Origin: Chiloscyllium plagiosum
Lineage: Eukaryota
DNA length: 64,000 nucleotides
NCBI RefSeq assembly: GCF_004010195.1
Contig: NC_057755.1
Span: 1,997,803-2,061,802 of the forward strand
Direction of reading: 5' to 3'
The notes beneath the pieces were generated by a model, which worked only from the letters and a program-made list of their open reading frames with translations, had not been told where the DNA came from and did no database searches. Positions 11,810 to 24,760 of the stretch are shown piece after piece. Each line of letters opens with the position of its first letter. Within the stretch, counting starts at the first letter, position 1. Made by a program: the position numbers and the translations under genes.

Positions 11810-14800
11810 AGAGATTAGTTAAATAGTATTCTGTGTTCTCAGCCTTTCGCTTTGTTCAAAGGTTTCTAGGAGGTTGACAGGAGTGAGGTCAGAAATAGGG
11901 TTTCAAAGTAACAAGAATGTATCAGCAGGCAGGAAGGTGATGTGAAGTGCGTCTACTTTAACACCAGGAGCATCTGGAATAAAGTGGGTGAACTTGTAGC
12001 ATGGATTGGTAACTTGGACTTCAATGTTGTGGCCATTTCGGAGGCAGGGACAGGAATAGTTGTTGCAGGTTCCGGGATTTAGATGTTTCAGTAAGAACAG
12101 GGTAGGTGGTGAAAGCGGGGAGGTGTAGCATTGTCAACCAAAGAAGATATTATGGTGGCAGAAAGGACGTTTGAAGACTCGTCTACTGATGTAGAATGGG
12201 CTTATGTTATAAACAGGAAAGGAGAGGTCACCCTGTAGGGAGTTTTCTATAGACCTCTAAAAGATCCAGAGTTGTAAAGGAAACGATTGCAAAGATGATT
12301 CTGGATAGGATCGAGAGTGAGAGGGTAGTTGTTTAACTTTCCAAATATTGACTGGAAATGTTATAGTGCGAGTAATTTAGATCGGTCAGTTTTTGTCCAA
12401 TATGTGCAGGACGGTTTTCTGACACAGTATGTCGATAGGCCAAGAAGAGGCGAGACCACATTGTATTTGGTACTAGGTCATGAACCTGGCCAGGTGTTTG
12501 ATTTGGAGCTAGGTGAGCATTTTGGTGATAGCGACCATAATTTGGTTATGTTTACTTTAGTGATGGAAAAGGAAAAATATATACCACGGGGCAAGAGTTA
12601 TAGCTGGGGGAGCTGCAATTATGATGCGATTCGGCAAGTTGTAGGATGCATAGGATGGAGAAGAATACTGCAGGGATGGGCATAATTGAAATGTGGAGTC
12701 TATTCAAGGAACAGTTATTGCATGTCCTTGATAATTATAAAGTTAAAAATCACAGAACACCAGATTATAGTCCAACAGGTTTGACTGGAAGCACACTAGC
12801 TTTCGGAGCGCCCCTCGTTCATCTCCACAATCATCTCATGAACGAGGGGCGCTCCGAAAGCTCGTGTGCTTCCAATTAAACCTGTTTGGACTATAACCTG
12901 GTGTTGTGCGATTTTTAATTTTGTACACCCCAGTCCAACACCGGTATCTCCAAATGTTGATAAATATGTAGCTATCGGGCAGAGAGGAAGTGGTCGAACG
13001 AGGGTGCCGTGGTTTACTAAAGAAATTGAATCTCTTCTTAAAAGGAAGAGGAAGGCTTATGTTCGGATGAGATGTGAAGGCTCAGTTAGTGTGCTTGAGA
13101 ATTAGAAGCTGGTCAGGAAAGACCTAAAGAAAGTGTTAAGAAGAGCCAGGAGGGGACATGAGAAGTCATTAGCAGGTAGGATCAAGGAAAACCCTAAAAC
13201 TTTTAATAGGTCTATCAGAAATAAAAGAATGACTGGAGTAAGATTAGGGCCAATCAAGGGAAATTGTATGTGGAGTCTGAGGAAATGGGTGAGGTGCTAA
13301 ATGAATAATTTTCGTCAGTAATCACATTGGAAATAAAAAACAATGTTTTGAGGGAAATACTAAGATACAGGCTATGAGACTAGACGGGATTGAGGTTTGC
13401 AAGGTGGAGGTGTTATCAATTCTGAAATGTGTGGAAATAGTTAAGTCCACTGGGCTTGATGGAATGTATCCTAGGATTCTTTGGAAAGCCAGGGAGGAGA
13501 TTGCATAGACATTCGCTTTGATCTTTATGTCGTCATTGTCTACTGGAATAGTACCCGAAGATTAGAGGATAGCAAATGTTACTCCCTTGTTCAAGAAGGG
13601 GAGTAGACACAACTCTGGTAGATAAAGACTTACTTCAGTTGTGGCTAAGTGTGGGAAAGGGTTATAATAGATAGGATTTATAATCATCGAGAAAGGAATA
13701 CGTTGATTAGGGATAGTCAATACGGTTTTGTGAAGGGTAGGTTGGACCTCACGAACCTTATTGAGTACTTTGAAAAGGTGACCAACAGGTGGATGAGGGT
13801 AAAGCGGTTGATGTTGTGTATATGGATTTCAGTAAGGCATTTTATAAGGTTCCCCACGGTCGGCTATTGCAGAAAATACGGAGGCATATGATTGAGGATG
13901 ATTTAGCAGTTTTGGATGAGAAATTATCTAGTTGAAAGAGGATAGAAAGTGATGGTTGATGGAAAACATTCATCCTGGAGTTCAGTTACTAATGATGATC
14001 CGCAAAGATCTGTTTTGAAGCCTCTTCTCTTTGTAATCTTTACAAATGAGCTGTAGAAGGATGGGTTAGTAAATTTGCAGATGACACTAAGGTCGGTGGA
14101 GTTGTGCATGGTGCTGCAGGATGTTGCAGGTTACAGCGGGACAAAAATAAGCTGCAGAGCTGGGCTGAGAGGTGGCAAATGGAGTTTAATGCAGAAAAGT
14201 GTGAGGTGATTCACTTCGGAAGCAGTAAGAGGAATACAGAGTCCTGGGCCAATGGTAAGATTCTTGGTAGTGTGGATGAGCAGAGAGATCTCTGTGTCTA
14301 TGGTCATAGATCCCAGAAAGTCGCCACACAGGTTGATAGGGTTGTGAAGAATGCATATAGTGTGTTAGCTTTTACTGGTCGAGGGATTCAGTTTTCAGAG
14401 CGATGAGGTCATGTTGCAGCTGTACAAAACGTTGGTGCAGCCGCATTTGGAGTATTGCGTACAGTTCTGGTCGCTGTATTATGGGAAGTACACAGCAGCC
14501 TTTGAACCTGTACAGAGGTGATTTACCAGGATGTTGTCTGGTATGGAGGGAAGGTTGCATGGGGACAGGCTGAGGGACTTGAGGCTGTTTTAATTCATTT
14601 GAAGAAGCTTAAAAGGTGACTTAATAGACATATATAAGATAATCAGAGGGTTAGATAGGGTGGACACTGATTTCTAGCACAAGAAGATATAGCTTTAAAT
14701 TGAGAGGTGAAAGATATAGGACAGATATCAGAAGTAGTCTCTTTACTTAGAGAGAAGTAAGGGCGTGGAATGCCCTGCCTGCAACAGTAGTAGACTCGGC

Positions 14801-14925
14801 AGATTTATGGGCACTTAAATGGTCATTGGATAAACATATGGATGAAAATGGAATACTGCGGGAAAGATGGGCTTTAAATTGGTTTCACAAAGGGCCTGTA
14901 CTTTGCTCTAATGTTCTATGTTCTG
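11810..14925 (+). mobile_element. CR1 LINE ORF2 (APE-RT), degraded
   Basis: FNFPNIDW, FLTQYVDRPRRG, HFGDSDHN, SQYGFVKGRLDLTNL, WAERWQMEFNAEKCEVIHFG; atgttctatgttct tail. Confidence 0.88.
12739..12956. mobile_element. PLE family B mini inverted pair inserted in CR1
   Basis: Inverted copies of the family B terminal repeat. Duplication ttgataa(t/a)tat at 12728-12738 and 12957-12967. Confidence 0.8.
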
Positions 14926-15899
14926 ATACTTGAGGGTCATTAATCGTGTGGATCACAGATTTAATAGAGCTATATATGAGGGTCACAAATGGGGTGGGAA
15001 ATGTTTCGCGTACAATATTTTTTTGGGGGGGCATAAACTTTAGGGGAGGAAAAAAGTTTGAATGTGGGAAGCGGGGGAGGGGTGTGAAGAGGGCGTGCTA
15101 AGGCAGAAAAAGGGCAGAGAGAGCAAAGAGAGAAGAAAATGAGAAGATACAAAGAGGGAGGGAGAGATTGAGAGGCTTTCACTAAGTGAACAAAAAAGGA
15201 GAACGAAGACGAGTGAATAGCAGAAAAGGATAGAGACTCACACACAGAGAAGGAGAGAGAGAAAGAGACAGGCTGCCAGTAAGGGGCTCTAGGGAGAACA
15301 ATAGACAGTGAGAGAGAAAGAGTGAGAGATAAATGACACATGGTAATAGTTTGGAAGTATCTGAATAAAAGCCAATTTGATGGCTGGTTTCCTGGCTGAT
15401 TTAGAAGCCAATTTGATATTTCTGTTCCAATTACAAAGTACGGGTTGAAATGTAATTTATCATTGAGTGTAATATTATTTTTTTCTCGATTTGGCCTCTT
15501 TAAAAGGGGAATGCAGACTCTTGGGCCTGTCAACTACATTAACTTGAATTCATTGTGAACAATGATGAGACCATCCAGGGTGCTTCTGATCGAGATGGGT
15601 TCGTGTATTTACTCAGTGGGACGTTTGAAGGAACGATGGATGAGCTAAGTCAATTGTTTTCCCATGCAAAGGAAGGCATTAAGTGGAAAGATAGAATAGT
15701 TAATATGTGAGATGTATGTAATGTGTATATTTGCATTTTTTTATAAAGAACTCTCTCTATATAAAATAAGTTTAAAGGACTTTGGAATGTGTTCATGTGG
15801 AAAATTTGAATTTGAAAACAAAGGCTCCAGAAAGATATTTTCCCCCACCTCAGTAAGGATAGGAACAGCATTGGGAAGGAAAAATCCAAAAAGCGACAA

Positions 15900-17600
15900 A
15901 AAGCCTCAATCCTAGTCTGTCTTCAGCTGATTTATATATAATGCAAGCAGACGTTTTAAATATGGGGAGCTTAAAATTGTTCAAATCCTCAAGTCCAGAG
16001 GAGTTGTAACCAAGGAGACGAGGGAAGAAAGTGCAGGGACTCTGATTCAAACCTTTCATTCCTCTCGGGTCACAGAGGAGGTGTCAGAGGACTGGAGGGC
16101 AGCTGAGGTGTTTCCATTTCTCAAGAAGGGTTGTCGAGTTAGATCAAGAATACAAATCGATGAGTGTCACATCATTGATAGGGAAACTATTGGAGACATT
16201 TCCAAAGGATAGAATTAAATACCATGTCGAGAGGCAAGGTTTCATTATGAACAGTCAGCACAGATTTATCGGAAGGGGAAAATGCTTCCCAAATCTGGTG
16301 GAGTTTTACGAGGAGGTGACCAAGTCAGTCGATGAGGGTAGAGCAATTGATGTTTATATGGATTCCAGCAAAGCATTTGACAAGCCATCACATGGGAGAT
16401 TGATAACAAAAAGTAAAAGCACATGATATCTAGAGTAACTTGGCAAGTTGGCTCCAAATTTTGTTCACTCCGGAGAGGCAGAGGGCGGTTGATGGAAGGC
16501 TATTTGTGGAATTTTGGCTGTTTGTGTAACTGGGGGCTGTTTGCGGAATTGGGACAGTTTGTGTAATTGGGGGCTCATTGTGCAATTGGGGGTTGTTTGT
16601 GTAATTGTGGGAAGTCGGTGTGATTGGGGTAAAGGACTTTGGAATGTGTTCATGTGAAAAATTTGGATTTCAAAACAACGGCTCCAGAAAGATATTTCCC
16701 CCCACCTTGGTGTGATTGGGGCTGTTTGTGAAATTGGTGCAGTTTGCCTAATTGGAGGCTGTTTGTGTAATTGGGGCTGTTTGTGTAATTGGGGGCTGTT
16801 TGTGTAATTGGGAGCTGTTTGTGTAATTGGAGGCAGTTTGTGTAATTGGAAGCTATTTGTGTAATTGGGCGCTGTTTATGTAATTGGAGGTTCTTTGTGT
16901 AATTGGCGGCTGTTTGTGTGATTGGGGGCTCTTTGTGTGATTGGGGGCTGGTGTCCAGTGGAATACCACAATGATAACAATGAATGAATGTTTGTGTGTG
17001 TCAATGTGAGAGCGTGCATATTTGTGTGTGTGTTTTTTTGTGTATGTATGCATGTGTGTCGGGGTGTGTGTGGGTGGGCGTGTGTGAAGGTGGGTTTAAA
17101 GGAGTGTGTGTGTGTGGGTGTACAGGGAGGCAGGTTGGGGATTGTCACAAATATTGTCCACGTGGTAGAACGTGAGGAAAATAGTCCTTGGTTTGAGATA
17201 GAAGTCGACAGATTGGTCAGATCAATGGCAGTTGAAGTGTAATCCTGATAAATGTGTGGTGATGCACTTTGCCAGAGTAAACAAGACAAGGCAGTACACC
17301 GTGAATGGCAGGACACGAGGAAGCTCAGACAGTGCTACTGTTTCCCCTCAGTCGAAGGGTCAATAACAGTGTGGTTGCATTTTCAACTAAAGGCAAGTGG
17401 TTTCGAGGGGACATGGAGCTGGCCATGCACTGCCCGGGAGGGGCGTTGAGATGGGAAACCTCTCAACCTTTAAAATGTGGATGAGCATTTGAAATGTTAT
17501 GACATTTTCGGCTATGGGCCAATTGCTGGAAAGTGGGGCTGATGGAGAGTTATTGTAGTTTTGGCATGATGGGCTAAAGGGCATGTTCCGTTTTGGTGAT
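15900..17600 (+). mobile_element. Degraded CR1 RT and 3' fragments interrupted by a minisatellite
   Basis: SQHRFIGRGKCFPNLVEFYEEVT...KAFDK. Confidence 0.65.
16500..16950. repeat. ~17-19 bp minisatellite (tgtttgtgtaattggggc)
   Basis: Direct tandem repeats visible in the sequence. Confidence 0.88.
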
Positions 17601-17983
17601 ACAGTTGCTCTAGAATTCTGAAGTTAAGGTTCTGAATTCGCTTTTATTTATTTATATTTGTTTTGAGAAAAATATTACTTAGTAGAAATTCCAGCTATTG
17701 TTATGGTCAGTATCAGCTTCAGGCGCTGTATCAGAGTGCTCACTCACAGATAAGATATCCCAAGTAACTTGTAAAACTAAATTAGCAAGAAATACAGAGC
17801 TATAGCAGTGTGCAGTACAACAGCTCACAAAGTGATCTACAAAATGAATTATTGAATGGTTGGACAACCTAAGCAAAATAAAGTTCATCACTGAAAAGAA
17901 TATCAAAAGATATTTCGATATTCATGTGAAATAATGTAAGTATTGTTGCTTGAAAACAAGTTGCAATCCATATTTGAACACTA

Positions 17984-18012
17984 ATAGGATCAGACTAATC
18001 CAGTCTTTGGGG
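17984..18012 (+). promoter_or_regulatory. Conserved upstream element of GPCR gene A containing TAATCC (K50 homeodomain-type site)
   Basis: ataggatcagactaatccagtctttgggg matches the reverse complement of 58563-58591 at 28/29 nt, at a similar distance (~225-230 nt) from the ATG. Confidence 0.5.
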
Positions 18013-18234
18013 TATTCACACACAGTCTTGTACAGCAATCATTAAAATAAACCTGTTGACGTAACCTGTTTGTTCAAAATGATAAAAAAAGAACAGAATG
18101 ATTAGTCAGTTTCCCAATAGAGATACCAGCAGACAATATAAATAATGTCTCTCAAGCTGACTCATAGACAATTCTGAGAGAATTCTCCAATTCCGACAGT
18201 TTTCCAGCAGGGAAGGAAGAGGTTATTTGGCAAA

Positions 18235-18301
18235 ATGCATCTTCTAAGGGAAAGGGTCGAAAAAGTGTACGACACCGTCCTCACCATTGTTGGTATTCCT
18301 G
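18235..18301 (+). CDS. Exon 1 of GPCR gene A (class A orphan GPCR, GPR139/GPR142-like)
   Basis: ATG at 18235 reads MHLLRERVEKVYDTVLTIVGIP plus one base, then G|gtaaat donor (phase 1). It is homologous to exon 1 of paralog B and supplies the first half of TM1 missing from ORF 20433-21311. Confidence 0.88.
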
Positions 18302-19833
18302 GTAAATCCTGGAACAGCTTAACTTTGATAAAGCTCTGCATTTAATCAAAATTACCTCCAATGTATAACAGATATTTATTTTTTTTCCATTTAGCAAGGC
18401 AATTACTGATGGGCATATGGTAGTGTCCGCAATAACTGAGTTTAAAATGAACAGCTTGTCAGTTAGGAGATTCCTCAGTAATGTGCAGCATTGTCTGTTT
18501 CTCTATACTGTGCAGAATGGGATTGCCCTGAGGCCACACTGATGGGGTTTAGCTGAGCACCAGCCGTGGCTGGTGTAGAAAGTGTTTCAAACGACCTCTC
18601 TCTCTCTCACTCTCTCTCTCTCTCACTCTCTCTCTCTCTGTGTTGGAGTCCAAAGCCTGCTATTGACCAGATGGGTTTTGTAACAACCCACCTCTTCGTG
18701 ATACCTGGTGTTTTCCACTCCTTGGACATGAAGGGATTTTTGTGTGGATCTTGATCAGGCAGGTCTCTCCAAATGGGAGCCCAGGTAAAACAGATGGACA
18801 ATGGATGGGATGACCAGGTTCTTATGGAATGATAAGTGAGGGTCATCACAAGTGCTGTCAATCATCTAGTGTGTACTGGTCAGTCAGTGGATGTGTGGGG
18901 GTATGATAATTGTGAGGACAGGTCACTGGTAGGGTTGTTCAGCACAGGGCTCCAATTATGATGCGTAATATTGAATTATTTGATTGTGAAAAAGCGTATG
19001 TCCCGTGTCATTTGCACAGTGCTTTGGTGCAGGGTCTAAAGAGACAACTACTGAGATCTGGAGTATAGTGTCAGCAGCTCTCCCACAGAGGATCAAACAA
19101 CTTTGTCCAATAGGATGTTTCCTACCTTGCCCTTTGTTGCTGTTACCCTTTGATGTTCCCTGAACAATAATGGGTTATGTGAAGGTGTTCCCACGTACCT
19201 TTGTTTGCGATTGTTGTTTGTTTTTTGGCTATCAATTCAGATTTGTATTTATTACTATCTCATGTGGTACAATTCCAGTGACCTCCATGGAGAATTACTG
19301 GGTAAATTATGGGGACCCCGAGCCCCAGAGGGCTCCGAATCTAGGAGGGTGATCTCTGTATACAAGGAAAGAGCCTAGGAGAGGCGCTTGGGTGTGTGCA
19401 GGCAGAAAACTATGCTGAATCCGAGATAGAGAGTCTGATTTCTCAAACAAAACTTTACAATGCTGCATGGATTCAGCTTTTGTTTGGGTGGAGGCTGTGG
19501 TGGACAGTCTTGGTCAGATGGGCGAGTCCGTGCCAAATGTTGAAGTTCTTGTGATTGTAATGGGAATCCAACCTGAGATATGGTGGTTGGATTCACTCAT
19601 GAATATCTTCATAGTTCAGAATATCACGATATTAAATGCTGCACTTGAGAAAGGGACTCTCTCGATTATTTGTTCATCCATTCCTGTCCACTGTGGAGTG
19701 ATTCGATGTGTCGTTTTTATGGTATGGATATACAATGCTTGAGCAATCTGTGGTTTGAGATTCCGAAATCGAATACAGCTATTGCAATCAGTGTCTGTGT
19801 CAGGTGTCTCCCGTTCTTGGTTTTGTTGATCCC

Positions 19834-20128
19834 AGATTACTTACAGTGTGGAAACGCCGAACAAATCCACACCGACCCGCCGAAGCGTATAGCACCCAGA
19901 CCCCTACATTTACCCCTTCACCTAACACTACGGACAATTTAGCATGGTCAATTCACCTAACCTGCACATTTTTGGATTGTGGGAGGAAACCGGTGCACCC
20001 GGAGAAAACCCACGCAGACACGGGGAGAATGTGCAAACTCCACACAGAGAGTCGCCTGAGGCGGGAATTGAACCTGGGTCTCTGGTGCTGTGAGGCAGCA
20101 GTGCTAACAACTGTGCCACCGTGCCGCC
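19834..20128 (-). mobile_element. tRNA-derived SINE (HE1/V-SINE-like) in the intron of GPCR gene A
   Basis: Head ggcggcacggtggcacagttgttagc (A box) and gggttcaattccc (B box), core tgtgtggagtttgcacattctccccgtgtctgcgtggg, and aatct tail. Confidence 0.88.
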
Positions 20129-20424
20129 ATGAGTCTGAGTAATCTATAAAACAGGTAAAATATATCTCTGCTGATCCCCCCAAAACAATTGAAGACATGA
20201 CTGTGTTTCTGCGAGAAATACTTTGCTAATGATTTTCCCTTTGTCATTTATAAGCGCAAATGATTTATTTTGAGAGAGCTTGTTGCTGTGGATCATATTC
20301 TTTAGACTACATCTGACATGGAAAACAACTATCTTTGTGCCATTACTTACAACCACAGTTCAAGTATGGAGAATGTTTGATTAATAAATTCAAGTATCTG
20401 TTCTTTCCTTTTTCTCTCTAACAG

Positions 20425-21311
20425 TTAGTCTCATGGTGATCATAACCTTAGCTCGTGGCAAGTGTGGTCTTTCTACATGCAGCACTCGCTATCTGGTGGC
20501 CATGGCAGCATCTGATCTACTGTTCATTATTTTTTATGTCCTACTTCGTCGATTTCCTTACTATTATTATCCACAGTGTTTCCTGGACATCACTCCTGTT
20601 TGTAGTGTGATCTATGTCCTGGTTCGTGTGACCATTGATTGTTCTGTCTGGTTCACTGCTGCTTTTACTTTTGATCGGTTTGTTGCCATTTGTTTTCATC
20701 AGATGAAATCTCAGTATTGCACAGAGAAAACTGCAATCAGGGTTCTAGCAACAATCTGCATTTTCTTTTCTTTAAAGAACATTCCCAACTACTTTCGATT
20801 TAGACCTGGAAAGATCAGCAATAATATTCCATGGTACTGCTATACCTACAACAGTTATTATTATGACCTCCGGTGGGCAAGTTTTAAACATTTTGAACAA
20901 TTTTTAACACCACTTTTCCCATTCATTTTTATTCTCTTTATCAATGTTCTGACTGTCAGACACATCTTCGAGGCTAATAAGGTGCGTAAGGGACTGAAGG
21001 TCCAAAACGAAACAGAAAATGACCCAGAGATCGGGAGCAGAAAGAAATCTGTGATTTTACTCTTTGCCATATCTGCAAGCTTTATCCTTCTCTGGTTGAT
21101 GTATATTTTATTTTTCTTTAATGCCAGCTACTCATTGGATTCTGCTGCTTATCATCTCTTTCTACAAGCTGCATATATGCTGCGGAACCTCAGTTGCTGC
21201 ACAAATGCCTTCATTTATGTGGTGACACAGAAAACATTCAGAGAACAGTTAATTTATGCAGCGAAATATCCAGTTATAACAATAATTCAAGTGATTGCTA
21301 AATCCAACTAA
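20425..21311 (+). CDS. Exon 2 of GPCR gene A, probable G-protein coupled receptor 139-like (7TM class A); spliced product 317 aa
   Basis: Polypyrimidine tract and acag acceptor end at 20424 and join exon 1 in frame (IVGIP-VSLMVII). Motifs: GKCGLSTCSTRYLVAMAASDLL (TM2), TPVC (TM3 Cys), FDRF, ECL2 PWYC, TPLFP (TM5), CTNAFIY (TM7), FREQL (helix 8). Open to TAA at 21311. Confidence 0.93.
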
Positions 21312-21711
21312 CTGAGTGGCGAAATGAAACATTGGAACGAGGAGTCTCTGTGAGGAATGGCCTGAAAGGAGAAGGAGGAGCAGCAATGTGATCACACTCC
21401 TTTTCTCATGGGCAAGGAATGACTCCATCTGAGGAACAACTTTAAAGGGGCTGGAGGAGTAAAGCCAGTGTAAAGTGCTGTTAGCAAGGAGCAACAGATT
21501 GCAAAAAGATGAACAACAAAGGCATAACCGACAGAGGACTTAGATCTGCCCCCCAAAAAATCAATCCAAGCAATCCATTCTCAGTGGGTGAACCAGATAC
21601 AAACTAATGACCTGGAGGAAAGGATCATTGTTCACTGCAGGCCCAGAGTGGGAACAGCAACGACAGGCTCTTTCCTGCTTTTCCTCATGGAGTTCCCTGT
21701 TCCACAGAAAT

Positions 21712-22625
21712 TTACAGTCATATAACTGCCCAGCATGGAAACAGATCCTTCAACCCAACTCATCCATGCCAAACAGATATCCTAAATTAATCTAGTCCCA
21801 TTTGCCAGCATTTGGCCTGTATCCCTCTAAACTCATCTCGATGTCTTTTAAATGTTGTAATTGTATCAGTCTCCACCATTTCCTCTGGCAGCTCATTCAG
21901 AGACACACTACCCTCTGCATGAAAATCTTACCTCTTAGGTCCATTTTAAAACTCTCCACTCTTACCTTAAACCTATGTCCTCTAGTTTTGGTCTCCACTA
22001 CAGTGAGACCTTCGCTATTCACTGTTTCCATGCCCCTTATGATTTTATAAACCTCTATAATGTCACCCTCAGCCTCCGAGGCTCCAGGGAAAACAGCATC
22101 AGCCTGTTCATCCTCTCCCTGTAGCTCAAACCCACCAACTGTGGCAATGCCCTTGGAAATCTTTTCTGGACCTTACAAATTTCACAACATCCTTCCTGGA
22201 ACAGGGAGACCATAACTGCACACAGTATTCCAAAAGTAGATTAAACAATGTCCTATGCAGCCGCAACATGAATTCCCAACTCCTGTACTCAATACTCTGA
22301 CCAATAAAGGAAAGCATACCAAACGCCTCTTCACTATCCTATCTACCTTTCAAGGAGCTCCACTTTCAAGGAGCTATGAACCTGCACTCAAGGTCTCTTT
22401 GTTCAGCAACCTGACCAATAAAGGAAAGCATACCAAACGCCTCTTCACTATCCTATCTACCTGTGACTCTACTTTCAAGGAGCTATGAACCTGCACTCAA
22501 GGTCGCTTTGTTCAGCAACACTCCACAGGACCTTATCATTAAGTGTATAAGTCCTGTTCTGATTTGCATTTCCATAATGTAGCACCTCACATTTATCTGA
22601 ATTAAACTGCATCTGCCATTCCTAA
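21712..22625 (-). mobile_element. CR1 LINE 3' fragment with an internal tandem duplication (~22298-22519)
   Basis: LEYCVQLWSP motif; repeated ctgaccaataaaggaaagcataccaaacgcc block. Confidence 0.8.
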
Positions 22626-23239
22626 TGTCACTGAACTTGCTGTGGGTTGTGGCTTGGAAAGAGTTAGTAAACTAACAGCTTTGCCTGCATTCCTGTCCGA
22701 CTGACTTTGGAGAGGGTGCATGTGGGGCCCACCAACACCCTCAATGTCTTTGGGCACTAGAAGGGTGCAGGAGCCATATCTACCAATTTAACCCCTTTGT
22801 AAGATAAAGCCCTTCTTCTCTCCCTCCCGTCCCCTATTTTATTGTTATTGTTGCATTACGCTGATTGGAAATTATTATTTCAATTCGGACTCAGGCGATT
22901 GGGCAATGCTTTGCATTCGTTTCTTTATTTAAAAAAGCAACTGCGTTTGGTCACCAAGGCATAGGATTGGCGTTTGAGACAAGGGATTGGTCGGTCTCGG
23001 ATCTTTTGAGGATTGAGTCCTGCTCCCTTTGCTTTCTCACTGACATACGGCTGGGTGAACATTTCTGAATCGTCTCACACCTCCTGTTTCGCAGACTGAA
23101 ATGAAACTTAAATTTCGAGCGTTTTATTCCTCCAGCAAAGTGTAATGGCAGGGCCCAACCAGGTGACAGTTGACAGCAATGGGGAGATTGTCTTGCTGTT
23201 GTCAATAGTTTCACCCATTTACGGAACTGCGGAGATATT

Positions 23240-23810
23240 GGATGCACTGGTCAGAACCTTCCAGGGAGCCTGTCAGCCTGGAAACGTCCTAGAGGATTGG
23301 AAAACTCTCAAATGTCACATCAGGAAGGAGATTTTTTTTTTAAGAAAAGATAAATTCTTTCCCCTCGTGGGAACGTCTAGGACCAGACAGCATAACCTCG
23401 GAGTAAGCGGTCACACGTGAAGAAGTAACAAAGAGGACTGATGCGGTAGAGTGGTAGATGTGATTTATGTGGACTTCAGTAAGGCATTCGACAAGGTTCC
23501 CCATGGGAGACTGGTTAGCAAGTTTAGATCTCAAGGAATAAAGGGAGTACTAGCTATTTGAGTACAGATCTAGATCGAAGGTAATGGTACTGGTGGAGGG
23601 TTGTTTTTCAGAATGGAGGCCTGTGACCAGCGGACTGCCACTAGGTTCGGTGCTGGGTCCATTACTTTTTGGCATTTATATAAATTATTTGGATGTGAAC
23701 ATAGGAGATATAATTAGTAAGCTTACAGATGACACCACAGGACCATGAAGAAGGTTACCTTGGATTACAATGGGATCTTGATCAGACGTGCCAATGGGCT
23801 TAGGAGTGAC
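23240..23810 (+). mobile_element. CR1 RT fragments
   Basis: Sequence encodes DVIYVDFSKAFDKVPHGRLVSK and a GSVLGPLLF-like motif. Confidence 0.7.
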
Positions 23811-24574
23811 ATCCTGACACAGTCATAACATGTCTCACAAATACAAATTTATAGCGCACTCATAAATACAGTCATATACTTAGTTATACAGTCACATACA
23901 CATTGGTAGTCTCACACAGAGGTGAACACATACAATCGCAAATATAGACATGCTCATGCTGATAAATACAACCACAGTTATTCATAGATACAGTCACATA
24001 ATATGACAAACACAATCACAAATGCGCATATACGCATAAATACACATAAATAGCATGCACATTCATAAATACAATCACATAAATGCAGTTCTGGACTGGG
24101 TGTGTGTGTGTGAAGGTAGGGCTGGGGATATAATATTTTGCAGTCTTCAATCTAGTCACCTATTCATCTTCTAAATTTGAGAGAAAATGGGCCTAATTTA
24201 TATAATTCTCTTTCATAACTTAATGCCCGAACACCAGCTATCATTCCTGTGCACGTGCGTTGAACTCCCCAAAGGTCAGTACTGTATATCCTGACTAAGG
24301 TGTGGCACATATATCTGCTCACAAGTGGGGTTTAATCAGGATTTTGTCGAACTTCAGCATAGCTTCGCCATCCTTATACTCAAGATATAAAGGCCAGCGT
24401 TCCAACAGCCACTTTTGCCATTTTCTGCAGCTGTTTGTGAAAAATTAAAGATAGATGCACTGAGCGTCCAGTTGTCTTTGGATATTCTCTATTTAACGTC
24501 ATACCATCCCGGCAGTCTCCTGATCCATGCTGTTTCTGTCCAAAGTGTCCAGCACCTTACCCTTGCTGCCATAG

Positions 24575-24760
24575 TCGATACTGTGGTGCTGGAAAAGCAC
24601 TGCAAATCAGGCAGCATCCAAGGAGCAGGATTCATGATGAAGGGCTTATGCCCGAAATGTTAACTTCCCTGCTCCTCGGATGCTGCCTGAGCTGCTGTGC
24701 TTTTCCAGCACCACACTCTCGACTCTGATTTCCAGCATCTGCAGGATTCACTTTCTCCTA
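24575..24760. mobile_element. PLE family A mini inverted pair
   Basis: Inverted tails with an HHR-like core (tgatgaagggcttatgcccgaaa). Duplication cttgctgc(c/t)atag at 24562-24574 and 24761-24773. Confidence 0.8.
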
